DNA of 64,000 nt. It comes from Callorhinchus milii (taxonomy: Eukaryota). Below the pieces are notes generated by a model, which did no database searches, was not told where the DNA came from, and saw only the letters and a list, made by a program, of their open reading frames with translations. The translations under genes and the position numbers were made by a program. Below are positions 52,490-64,000 of this stretch, one piece after another; the stretch's first letter is position 1; each line of letters opens with the position of its first letter. The DNA lies in NCBI RefSeq assembly GCF_018977255.1, contig NW_024704743.1:70558001-70622000 (forward strand), read 5' to 3'.

Positions 52490-53026
52490 GTCAGCTGGGT
52501 GTTTTACACATGTGGAAACCCATCTCCATGTTTAAGAGTATCCAAAACACATGGGAATTCCAGAGACAGATTGTTGGAATGGAATGTGCATTCTCTACCA
52601 GGAGGAACGCATCCTGCTGACCTCAGTCTGGAAAATACTAGACACAGGTTGGCAAGAGCCAAGGCTTGGGGACCCCAGAGTGTACTTCGGGGTACTGCTG
52701 GAGTCTAACCAGCTTAAACCACATAGCTTGCAGTGATTGAAATTTCTGTCTGGCAAGCTTCCCCACTGCTTATCTAGCTAGGACCCCCCTACCTGTTAAG
52801 GCTTTGGCTTGCAGGGTTAACAGGAGCTGAGTGGGATGACATCCTGCCTCCAGTGACTGGTCTGCCCGTCCAGGCTGGCTGGGCTGTCATCAGCAGTGCC
52901 CTGGAATAGTATGGACCCGCCTGGCTCAGTAACCGGATCACCGAGACCGCTAGAGAGGGCTGGCTCGATTCTGACATTCCATTGCCAAGCATGTCACCTT
53001 GCAGCTAATTCAGCTCTCTCTTATCT

Positions 53027-53058
<32 letters not shown>

Positions 53059-53100
53059 ATGGAGGATAGTCACCAGTTGGTCTTTTGATGTCCGACAAGT
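52490..53100 (+). repeat. Unclassified repeat family U, longest copy (orientation arbitrary)
   Basis: Homologous pieces at 30390, 41190, 42985, 55300, 55950 and 60900; contains a C31 tract. Confidence 0.75.
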
Positions 53101-53194
53101 CCAGGTTGAAGCCCTCACTACGTGGATGGTGAATTAGGAACTCCCCATCTCTTAAATGAAGTGGTCGTGTTACTTTAACACGGGGGTTTTTTCT

Positions 53195-54325
53195 CCGGCC
53201 CCCGCACTGTCTCGTGCAGTGTCCCTCGAGGCTCTGTCCTCAGTCCCCTCCTCTTCACCCTCTACATGCTCCCCCTGTGGTGACATCATCCGCAGACATG
53301 GGGTTAACTTCCACATGTATGTGGATGACACCCAACTCTACCTTTCCTCCTCTACCCTCAACTCCACGACCACCCATCGGTGACAGCCTGCCTGTCCGAC
53401 ATCGAGTCCTGGACGAGAGATAACTTTCTTCAGCTCAACGTGCGCAAAACTGAGGCCCTCCTGATTGACTCGCGTCAGTGCCTCCGCACCTCAGGCGCTG
53501 ACAGCATCAGCATCCAAGGCTGCACTCTCCACCTCTCAAAGCCATCAGGAACCTCGGGGTTCTGTTCGACCCTGAGCTGCCCTTTCTCCCTCATATCCGC
53601 GCCACAACTGGCACCGCCTTCCATCACCTCCGGAATGTCGCCAGACTACGGCACTACCTCACCCCTCACGCTGCTGAAACTCTGGTCCACGCCTTTATCA
53701 CCTCAACGCTGGACTATGCGAACTCTCTCCTCGCCGGCCTTCCCGGCACCTCCCTCCACAAGCTGCAGGTCATTTAGATCTCTGCAGCTCGTGTACTGTC
53801 CCGCACCAGGCTTCGCGACCACATCACTCCCACCCTCGCTCGCCTCCACTGGCTCCCCATCCCCCAGAGGATCGAATTCAAGATCCTCACCCTCACCTAC
53901 AAGGCCATTCACGGCCTCGCTCCCTCCTACCTCTCCGGCCTACTATCCCCCTAACTACCTGCCCGTACCCTCCGTTCCTCTGGCTCCAGTCTGCTCCACA
54001 TCCCCCGCCCCAAACGCCCTACCATCGGTGGCCGGGCCTTCAGTCTCTCAGCCCCGAGGCTCTGGAACTCTATCCCCCAGTGCCTTCGCCTCGCTTCCTC
54101 CCTTTTCTCCTTCAAGGCCGGTCTCAAGACCTTTCTCTTTGACCGTGCCTTCAGCTCCCCTCTCGACTCTCTTCCCCCTCATCGCTCCCTCCCTTCCCTC
54201 CCCTCACCCTGACCATTTCCCCCCTGCTCGGGTCCTGACCCAACTGTCCAGCGCCTTGGGACGTCCTCCCGACGTGAAAGGCGCTCAATAAATGGAATCT
54301 TGTTGTTGTTGTTGTTGTTGTTGTT
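53195..54325 (+). mobile_element. Young L2-clade LINE, 5'-truncated
   Basis: GDIIRRHGVNFHMYVDDTQLY, DNFLQLNVRKTE; perfect 3' stem-loop 54250-54285; (TTG)n tail. Confidence 0.95.
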
Positions 54326-54714
54326 TATGTGATGCCTACAACTCCCCTCCCAGCCAGGTGATTGGAATAGCCCAAGAAGTTAAAGGCAGTGTGAATTTTA
54401 TAGCACATGTAAAACAGGGCAAGTCACAGGGCTTGCAAATGCCATTGATCATTTTACATCCTTGTTTAAATGCTTCATTGGTGAACTAAGATCTAATGAT
54501 ATGCAGCTCTTTGGCAGATCCTGGAAGGTCATTCTGTCCCTGTACACTCCGTCCCTTGGATAATACTGTATTGGTTCTCCACTTTTGTCCTGAATTTTCT
54601 GTTTGCCAGATTCCTCTCCTGAAAGCTGATCACTACAGGAGCAAATACCATTTTGCTATCGTTTTACTAAATTGGTGGCTACATCAATGCTACATCAGAT
54701 CGCACTTTAAATCA

Positions 54715-54950
54715 AGGCTCCGTCACTCTGTTCAGGTGGATACTAAAAATCCCGTTGCATTATAGGATCCCATTGCCCAGATAAAATTGGTCATTCACTC
54801 CATGGCTGTTTGTGGGACATTGCTGTGCACAAATTGACTGCCATGTTTACCTACAAAACACTCAGTGCCTGCACTTTACAATAAATCCTGTGAAGCCTAT
54901 GAAACATTTTGATGGTATAAGGCCCTATATCACATCCAATGATTTTTTAA
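54715..54950 (+). mobile_element. Deu-domain SINE 3' fragment
   Basis: CTGTTCAGGTGGA..AAAAATCCC, then GCTGTTTGTGGGACATTGCTGTGCACAAATTG. Confidence 0.6.
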
Positions 54951-55299
54951 AAATTATTACACATTCTTCACAGTTCTGGTCTGAGTGTAAGTATTTCTGC
55001 TTGTGTAAATTCTGCACAATTGTTTGTTAAATACTGCTACAATTAGTTGGATGCATTCACCTAGCAATGTGTTTAATTGTTATTTTCTGTGCAATGGCGG
55101 AAAGTCATTATTGGCATTTTAAAATCCATTTTAGAAACATCCACCAAACTACAGCATCACATCTACTACTGTATTGCATTTTAATATATCAGTAGCGATA
55201 GCCCCAAAACCTAACAAATGGAAATAAACACTTGGCAAACCTGAGAGTTTCTAAGACATTTTTTATTTTAAATATGAAAAATAATTGTGCATTTTTTTG

Positions 55300-55580
55300 G
55301 GGGGCCAGAGTCAGCCAGGTGTCATGCAGAAATCACCATGCTTAAGAGTATCCAAACCAAACTGAGAGTTCCATGCATCCCACCTACACATGGAAATCCC
55401 AGAGATGAATTGGAATGGAATGCATTCTCTCCCTGGAGGGATGTATCCTGCTTACCTAATTCCGGAAAGTATTAGGAGCAGGTTGACAAGAGCCAAGGCT
55501 TGGGGACCCCAGTGTATGCATTGAAGTCTAGCAGCTAACACCACATAGCTTGCCATTGAAAGCACTGTCTGGCAAGCTTT
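55300..55580 (+). repeat. Unclassified repeat family U fragment
   Basis: TTAAGAGTATCCAAA...CAAGAGCCAAGGCTTGGGGACCCCAG...CTGTCTGGCAAGCTT shared with the 52490 copy. Confidence 0.8.
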
Positions 55581-56087
55581 CAATACAATTTGTGGTAGTT
55601 TTGAATCCATTCCGTGTGTTAATTATTGCAGATAATTAAGGAACACTGTAAATTTGTTCCTGTTACTTACCCAGCCCCACCATTTCTCAATGTACTCAAT
55701 GCTCTGCTCATGGCCTCTGTCCAACTCCACCCCTGTGAAGCACTCCAAGATGGTTATCCTACATGAAGAGTGCTATTTAAATGCAAGTGGCTGTTGAGTT
55801 CCCAACCAGCTCATTCCTTCTGATGAGCTGGCTATTTACTGGTTGAAAATAGAATACAGGAAACTGACTTTATATAGTCGGTTTCCTGGTATAGGTTGTA
55901 ACACCATTTAAGGAATTTAACTCAAGAATTTCTATATCCCAGGTTCAAAAAGGGTCAGCAGGGGAAAACTGATCACCAGGTGCAGGGATTCTTCCCACTG
56001 AGTTCCTGTTAATGCTGGAAGTCAAAACCCTAATGGGTAGAGTGTACCAAGCTGGACAAGCAGCAGGAAAAAGCCCAGTTGGGACTT

Positions 56088-56532
56088 CGAATTCAAGATC
56101 CTCATCCTCACGTACAAGACCATTCACGGCCTTGCACCCCCCTACCTCTCAGACCTACTATCCCCCCATGTACCTGCCTGTACCCTCCATTCCTCTGGGC
56201 TCTGGTCTGCTCCACATCCCCCGCCCTAACGCCCTACCATAGGTGGCCGGACTTTCAGCTTCTCAGCCCCTAGGCTCTGGAACTCCATCCCCCAGTGCCT
56301 TTGCCTTACCTCCTCCCTTTCCTCCTTCAAGGCCGGTCTCAAGACCTTTCTCTTCAACCGTGCCTTCAGCTCCACTCTCGACTCTCTACCTCCTCCTCGC
56401 TCCCTCCCTTCCCTCCCCTCACCCTGACCATTTCCCCCCTGCTCAGGTCCCGACCCAACTGTCCAGTGCCTTGGGACGTCCTCCCGATGTGAAAGGCGCT
56501 CTATAAATGCAATCTTGTTGTTGTTGTTGTTG
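56088..56532 (+). mobile_element. Young L2 3' fragment
   Basis: Near-identical to 53875-54325 and 42437-42871. Confidence 0.92.
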
Positions 56533-57654
56533 AACTCACAGGCGTAGCTAGCAATCAAGTGTCAGAAGAACCATCTTTTGGAGGAGGCACTAAACCAATG
56601 ACACTTTTCAAAAATGTTGTCTGTCTGTTCAGTTGGACTTTAAAGAACCAATGACACAATTCAAAAGATGAAGAGAATTTTTCCTAGTTTGCTGGAAAAT
56701 AGTCTTCCAGATATAATGTCTACATGATTGTTTGTGGATAATGCTGAGGGCAAATTGGCTGCACTTTTCCCCCTACAAATACAGTCACTGCTTACCAATA
56801 TTTATTGTGAAGCTCTTTGATACGTTTTAGTGTTTTAGGCGCAATATCAAACAAATGTAAAGATTATAATGAAGCTACCTCAAATGTTAACATTTTTTAC
56901 AAAAATAGGACATGAAAGGAAGCACGACTATTTTAATGTTGCTTTTAATGATCACCAGAAATACTGCACTATAATCTTCAAGGACACCAAGAAAATTCCC
57001 TTCACTTTTCAAATAGTGTTATGGGTTCTTTAACATCCACTTGAACAGACAGACTTGATTCAATGCTTCTTCTAAAAGATGGCACATCTAACACTGCAGT
57101 GCCAGCTTAGGCTATGAGTGCAAAACCCCTGATATGGGGGAAGTTCTGTCTTAGATCAGCAGAAAACGGATAATGTAGTGTTCTGTGACTCACGTCATCC
57201 TGTAAAACGCAGTTGGGTCTATCATCGTCTGGTTTTATTCTCAAATAAACCAGCTGAAACACTGTCAATTAAAAATATCTTCTTTTTCTTTGTTTTCACA
57301 GACAGACATGCCATCTGTTGTGAGTTATGCTCCTTTGGTATAAAATTGTTCAGCAGGAACCTCATCCTTGTCCACACGTAGAGGAGAAAATAAATACAGA
57401 AGGCTTCTACAGGATGCCTGTGTGATGCTCCATCACAAATTCCCCAGATCAACACTTTTCTGTACAGGTGAAGAATGGAAGATAACAAGACATAGCCCAG
57501 TAAATGGAAAATAGGAAAGGTGTGTGACATTTGGCCCACAAAGCCTGTTCTGTGAAACCTTTCCAAATCTCTCCAAAGGATACCATAATCTTGAATCCTA
57601 TAGTGTTTATTACATAAAATTATCTCAAAATTCTTTAAAACCAATTACATTATT

Positions 57655-57995
57655 GTCAAGTGTAGTGAATGTAATTTATGGGCAAATGTGACAGCAATTT
57701 GCTGCCAGGAAAGATCCACAATTAGTTATAAACTAAATGATCCTTTCACCTGGAGGGTTGTGGGTACACTGAGAGAAACTCCCTTTACTTTTCAAATAAT
57801 GTTGCGTAATGTTTAACAGACTTGGCTCAATATCTTTTCCAAAGGACAGCCACCTTAAATAATGCAGATCCCCACAGTGCTGCACTGATTGTCACCATAG
57901 CCTACTTGTGATGAACTCCAACTCAGTAGGGGCATTGAATCAACAACTGTGTGACCCAGAGGTAAGAGTACTACCAACTGGGGTAAGATAACACC
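57655..57995 (-). mobile_element. Old Deu-domain SINE (family B)
   Basis: Degenerate reverse match (GACCCAGAGGTAAGAGTACTACCAACTG head). Confidence 0.55.
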
Positions 57996-59945
57996 ATTGC
58001 TCAGAATGCAAGCCCAAAAGGGTGTGAATAAATTTAATAAGTTGCCCCTTCAAAAGCACCAAATGTTGTTGATATAATGTCATGTCTGAAGGCATAATTA
58101 TAGCAGGGAAGATTTCTGTATTTAAGTGACAAAATTAAAAGGGGGAGATTATTCGTTGAAAGGTTAATTCCCAAAACTGCTTTTCAAGAAGGTTTTGTCA
58201 ATTATACAAGGAACATTTAAACACACTTATTATCATTAAACTATATTAGAGCCATTTTTCTAAACACAGATAACTCATTTCTGCAGAACGATTTGTGTCT
58301 AGACCACTACCCTGAAGGCATCATCATTATTATTAAAAGTTAGCGTACACAATGTTATATCAAAGAACTGTAGTCAAAGTTCTGCCTGATGGCAAAACAC
58401 AAGCTTTGCACAACTAATGTATTTATTTACATCATTCCCCGTCTCCATTCTTTATCCACATTGTAAACACTTTCAAACACTACCCACTTTGGAAATATTA
58501 TTCTGCCTGTGTCTTAAAGTAGTCTTAAAAAATGGTCAGCCATTGGTGCTTATAAAAATGATCACATCAGGCATTCTTTTGATATAACTATATAACTAAA
58601 TGTTATTACTAAAACTTTTTACAAACAATTGGAAATCATTCTTAATAGCATTTTGTTAAACATATTAATGTCTATATAGAATTACCAGATATATGTATCT
58701 TGCAGGGTTCTGGGATTTGATGCTGTGTGCGGAATGAAGTCTTAAAGGAGACACTGAACAGGATTTTCATTTGTTTCATAAATGCAAAATGACTGGAGTA
58801 TGGATACAGTATGATACTTGATAATAAACTCAAGTCATTGCTGAATTTTTGTTATTGCTTTTATTGATCAAATGTTTCTAAAATGTACGTTTCCGTTTTA
58901 CTTAACTCAGTAAATAATGTTGCTGCTCACTAGTTGCAAGCAACTTTATATTGGAGAAAATTCACAGAAAAGACAGTTGTAAACATCTGAAGAGTAAGCT
59001 ATCGATTTATTTTTGAAACTTAAGTACCTGGCAGCTCCTTGCAGGTTTTTTGTTGCACCTTCAATTATGTTTTAAACTTCACCCACTGGCACCTCCCTAA
59101 CCTGCTTGTGTCCCACTCCTCAGTCTGCTCTATTTGCTTAGCTAACACAGGCCTGTTTCCTGACCCCTGACCCCTCTACGACACCAACAGTAGTTGTGCC
59201 TTTAGCCTCTACATCCCCTAATCTCTGGAACTGTCTGCCTCAATCCCATTGCCTTGCCCCTCTTTATTTTTAAATCCCACCTGAAACCTCCTTCTTTGAT
59301 CACCTTCCCCTTTCTCCCTTGCTCGGCGTCCAACCCCACAGTGATCCAAGACCCTATCCTGCATGAAAGGCGCTATATAAATACCAGTTATTTTTGTTGT
59401 TAATTAATTCCCCAAACCGATTTCTAAATATTCCACATTTCTGTTTTGTACAGTTTCTTACTTTATTATTGACATCCCCTCAGAAATCAAATGCTGCTTT
59501 AATTTGGACTTGTGGGATCAGGTGCGATGGGATAAAATATTGGGGTGACCACTTTCATCCCAATATTTTTGTTTTTTTCTGGAAGAGAAAATTGCAAAAC
59601 ACCACACTGTTTTGAATCTTTTTATTTAAAATCTGTTTCAGTCTGTTTATTGAAAATCTGAAGCCCAAAATAATCATTATAATTCAAGATCGTGGCAAAT
59701 TTTTAGAAAGTTCTTAAATTCTGTCTTAATTTGGAAGTCTTTTTTTTAGTTTCTTCAAAATCTGGCTTGCAAATTAGAATTTTGAAAATCTAAGAATGTT
59801 CCAAAATTCTGCGCAATCTTAAATTTTAAGACCATGGTTAAGGTTAAGGCCAAATGCATTTTGAACACTCTGAATCATACAGTTAGATGAATATATTTGC
59901 TGATGTTCATTCAAACTTTCCAATCTTGAATATTTCTACTGCTTT

Positions 59946-60305
59946 GGAATCCTGTATCTTAGTGGTTAGAGCACTCGCTACGCAAATGTGAGGACCTGGG
60001 TTCGATTCCTGGCAGGACAAAACCTTAGGCAAGTTTCCTTACTCCACACGCCTCTGTTTGCCTAGCAGTACGTAGGAACCCAGTCGTTAGTCAATTGGCG
60101 GATCCCTTTTCCAGGGATAATAATCCCTTAAAAAAATTATTATAAAAATAATTTGGTCACTCAGTTCTCGACTGTTTGTGGGACACTGCTGTGTGCAATT
60201 GGCTACCGCATTTTGACCACAAAATATACAGTCAATTCACTTTACAGTATATTCTGTGAAGTGTTTTGAGGTGTCTTGAAGACGTGAAAAGGCGCTATAT
60301 CAAAT
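59946..60305 (+). mobile_element. SINE family A, long form
   Basis: Head with GGTTCGATTCC box B, the long internal segment, and the L2-like tail. Confidence 0.9.
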
Positions 60306-60899
60306 CCTATGAAAACGCCTAGGCTAAAACATGCATTTATCAGGTCTTTTGTGTATAGTGCAGAGTTGGTGGATCAGTAAAAGAAAATGGTCCTTTAAGA
60401 ACCCTGTATTAACTGCAGATCACTCGCTGTCTGGGATCTATGGAGCCTTTGATTTTGCGTCAGGGAATGTGTTTTCTTAACAAATATTCAAAGCAAAACA
60501 ATGTCTGGTTCAAAGATTAACTCAATGAATGATTTTCAGTTTTATATAACAAGTCACAGATAGTGATTTATGGCCAGGCTATCCTATGTAAATGGTCTTT
60601 AGTGAAGATTTGATTTCTGATTCCTTTGAAATTCAACTTTTAATAACAAACAAAATAACACAACAGGTTTAAACTGAGCAGAATTTCTTCTAAAGCCAGA
60701 ACCTCAGACACAGATCCCCAGCTAGTATCTTGCTTTTCATCTGTAATATACATAAAGGATCTGAGGTTAAATCCAATGCAATCTGATACCACAATCAATG
60801 TTGTGGTGCTGAAGAAGGTAGAAAGGGACATATTGGATATCTGAAATTGGCACTGTATACACTATCACTAGCTCCTTGCTTAACACAGTAGTTTGATCT

Positions 60900-61120
60900 G
60901 TTGACCAGGACTGACCATCCTCCCGATGGTAGGGGGGGGGCACAAGTGGGGTCTCTTTGGAGTCAGTTTGCTCCAAGTGATGTGCGCCTGACATTGGAAT
61001 CAAGTTAATCCTCTTGGGAGTCTGGTTCCTGAACCAAGCAGATCTGCAATACTCTAAATGGTGTTAATGACAGGGCAACCAACCTGACCCATTCGTATTT
61101 GAAGCAGACCAGTCACTGGG
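60900..61120 (-). repeat. Unclassified repeat family U fragment
   Basis: Reverse match to 52850-53090, including the G-run and GCAGACCAGTCACTGG. Confidence 0.65.
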
Positions 61121-62262
61121 ATATGTACAGTTCATGGCTTCCACATTGTGCTTTGAGATGTCCTCCCAACATGAAAAACACTACATAAATGTAAATTGTA
61201 TTGTACTGAAAAAGAAACCATATAAACTAGTTTCACTATAGTCAGTGCTATTCTTGGTTTACATCATCCTCAGCCACAGAACAATTTGGAGCACTCCCAC
61301 ATTATGGGAAGATGAACAAGGAGGTCCCTTTAATCCGCTTTTTTCATTTACTTTTTGAAAGGCAGAATAGAGTGGCTCTGGCCAGGATTTTGTTGCAAGA
61401 AAAGTGGAATTTCAGCTCAAAGAACACCCATGGGAACATAGGATTATACCAGCCTGGAAACAAAACGCTGCATTCCATCTGGCTATTCTTAAAGTGAAAA
61501 TAAAAATAAACCTAAACTAGACTATTTTTCAATTGAATTCTTAGCCAAGTAGCTATCAATTTCCTTTTTGCATTTGCTGACATAATCTGCCTTCGCCACT
61601 TCACTGGGTAGACCAACCCACATATTCACAACTTTCTGAGTAAAAATAATTAAATCTGAACCATCTGTTCATCTTCCTTCTTCTGACCTTGAGTTTGTGT
61701 CTCTTTTGACCATAATAAACATATTATTAGGGTTTAGTTTAGCTGTACCATTTATAACTGCAAACGTTAATAATAGGGGCTAAGAGGCATATGAAATATA
61801 ATCTGCCAACAATATGGGGTCTAATTTGTGCTATTTGCAAAAGAGTAGGAAACATTAATTATGAATTTAGAGATTTACTGAAGTAAAACAAAATGCCAGA
61901 GAGCAAAATGACATCTTCCCGTGGATTTCTTACTCTTGTCTTTTGTCCATCAATACATTTTTGAAATTGTTCATCCGATTTTATTCCCATCAACTCAGGT
62001 CAGTTGTGGACTCCTAGATTAACACTTCCCATCTCTTTGTCAATATTGAAAATTAGATTCAGTGAGCATCCTGGAATCCTCTTCATTGGTTGGTACTTTT
62101 ATAATGAAGAGAAAGTGTAATGCTCTATGTAAACAACAATAACAATAACTTGCATTCCTATAGCGCCTCTTACATAGGGTATCGTTCCAGAGCGCTTAAA
62201 CAAGCATTTATATGGGATAAACACAACACGCAAGTTAGACGCCATTAGTTCATACATACTTG

Positions 62263-62381
62263 GGCTGAAATTGCCTATTAACCTTAACAAAATTGATGGT
62301 TTTGGTCGCTCATAGAACTTTCTCTATTGTAAGCGTACATTGCAAGAGCGGCTACATAAAAGGCCAACTGGAATTTCAGCC
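62263..62381. mobile_element. Candidate Harbinger-type MITE (about 120 bp)
   Basis: GGCTGAAATTGC...GGAATTTCAGCC terminal inverted repeat, similar to the 14516 and 17599 ends. Confidence 0.5.
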
Positions 62382-63380
62382 TGACAGATTCAGTTGAGCA
62401 GAATATTGTGATATTTTTGATACTTTATAGATATTCCAAAATGCATGCATTTTAAGTACTTTTTTTCTTAAAAGGTTTTGGTATAGGTGGGATTTCACTG
62501 TCAATATCGTCTGCAAGGTTGGAAGCTCGGTTTTGAACATTCTAAACAACATATTGATAAACTAATGCTTCCTCAGTCTTTGTTATGTGCAGTTTACTGG
62601 AAAACACTGTTAGCTCTGCATTATCTCTACTTGACTAGCAAAAAATGTGCAGGGATCAAAATGCGGTAAGAGAATACACCTTTCCAATAATACAATCTCA
62701 GTTCAGTGATTTTAAAGCATGCTTTGTTTATAGCTGAAATGGAAACTCTTTAGAGCAGTGTAAGAGCTCACTGTGGATTTCTAATTGTCTCACCGAGGGT
62801 GGGAATCATGTTTTGTTAACAGCGTCAGGTTTAGGTCACGACGGAACCTCTTGAAAACAGTCACAAATTAAAATTCTCATGAAATATTTACCAGCAGCTT
62901 TTATCTCCTGCTGCTGTGCCAAACGACTGTTGTTTCCTACAGCCAAGTCTGCGCTACACCTCCAATGCCCCATTTATACTTTCACCCCCTGCAGAGACTG
63001 AATGCACTACTACTTAGGAGGATCCGAATGGAGTGATTCTTCAGGTTTAATGCGGAGGGTTCTATGATTCAATATATGCACAAAGAGGTATTAAATTAGG
63101 TGCCTGGCGGCTGCGATATCTTTCATCTTACAGCTGAAATCAGTCGGAAATTCACAACAGCCGTTTATACTAGTCCACAGATTTATTCTCCCCACCCTAA
63201 TTCCAAGCCAATGGGAGATAATATGAGCTTTCTGTTCGTAGCCCTGCAGTTGTTCATAGGAAGTAATGGAAGATTTTGTTACAAAATCTGATGAACTGAG
63301 TAACTAATTCCCTACACCTTATCTGATTCTAGACAGAGGGAAAAAAACAACCAAGGAGTTAGCCTAGCTCAGTGGATAGC

Positions 63381-63895
63381 AACAACAACAAAGAATTACA
63401 TTCAGAAAATGCCTTTCACGTTACGAGGACGGCCCACGGCACTGGATAGTCAGGGATTTAGACCCAATCAGGGGGGTTGGGATCAGGGCGGCTGGAGGGC
63501 AGGGAAGATAGGAGGGTGGCCGAATGCGCGGTCGAAGAGGAGGGTCTTGAGACATGCTTTGAAGAAGGAAAGGGAGGAAACGAGGTGAAGGGAGTGTGGG
63601 ATGGTGTTCCAAAAGGTGGGGCCAGAGAGGTTGAAGGCCCGATTATCCTTGGTCTGACCGCAGAGGGAGCAGACAAGTTGATATGGGATCAGCAGCTACC
63701 AGAGGTAGGAAGGAGCGAGGCCATGGAGGGAGGGCCTTGAAGGCGAGGACGAGGATTTTTAATTCTATCCTCTGGGGGATGGGGAGCCATTGGAACCAGG
63801 CGAGGGTGGGGGTGATGGGGTAACGGAGCCTGGTGCAGGAGAGGATACCAGCTGCCAAGTTCTGGATGATCTGCAGCTTATGGAGGGAAGAGTTG
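63381..63895 (-). mobile_element. L2 3' fragment
   Basis: PITPTLAWFQWLPIPQRIELKILVLAFKAL; (CAA)n tail. Confidence 0.88.
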
Positions 63896-63904
63896 GTAAG
63901 GGGA

Positions 63905-64000
63905 AGAGAACTCTTGCCTTTGAGTCAGAAAGTCATGGGTTCTGGCCCCACATTGGGACTTTGAGCTCATAGTCAAGGCAAACCCTCCAGTTCAATGCTG
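63905..64000 (+). mobile_element. Family B SINE head (cut by window edge)
   Basis: CTCTTGCCTTTGAGTCAGAAAGTCATGGGTTC...TTGAGCTCATAGTCAAGGC matches the family B head. Confidence 0.6.

Noticed and set aside
52750..52775. LF-SINE identity for family U (minus strand GTGGGGAAGCTTGC)
   Set aside because: Only a short word resembles my recollection of LF-SINE; the rest does not convincingly align.
53380..54291. 303-aa ORF, the longest in the track
   Set aside because: It starts in the L2 RT frame, then shifts into a Pro/Ser-rich alternative frame of C-rich L2 sequence; not a host gene.
62770..63160. Possible larger MITE (CTGTGGATTTC...GGAAATTCACAACAG)
   Set aside because: The terminal match is too weak to support by eye.

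Overview
Repeat-dense, AT-rich vertebrate non-coding DNA (intronic or intergenic). By inference from its repeat repertoire it is most likely a cartilaginous fish such as a chimaera. I found no host protein-coding exon I can support; the long ORFs in the track are retroelement remnants or their antisense frames. Content: many L2-clade LINE pieces, including one near-full-length APE+RT copy (5498-8852); CR1-clade LINE fragments; two tRNA-headed SINE families (a young tRNA-Ala-like family and an older Deu-domain family) that share an L2-type 3' stem-loop; an 826-bp solo LTR with a 4-bp TSD inside a CR1; and a Penelope-type fragment with a degenerate hammerhead core. The most notable structure, not evident from the ORF track, is a fossil two-gene PIF/Harbinger transposon (HARBI1-like transposase on +, Myb/SANT-like gene on -, TIR-bounded, 14516-17599), with further Harbinger relics and MITE-like palindromes nearby. 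Also notable are a dimeric SINE present twice, a SINE-head/L2-tail chimera, and an unclassified repeat family of about 600 bp seen as 7 fragments. Boundaries of old repeats were read by eye and are approximate. Family names rest on motif recognition, not database searches.
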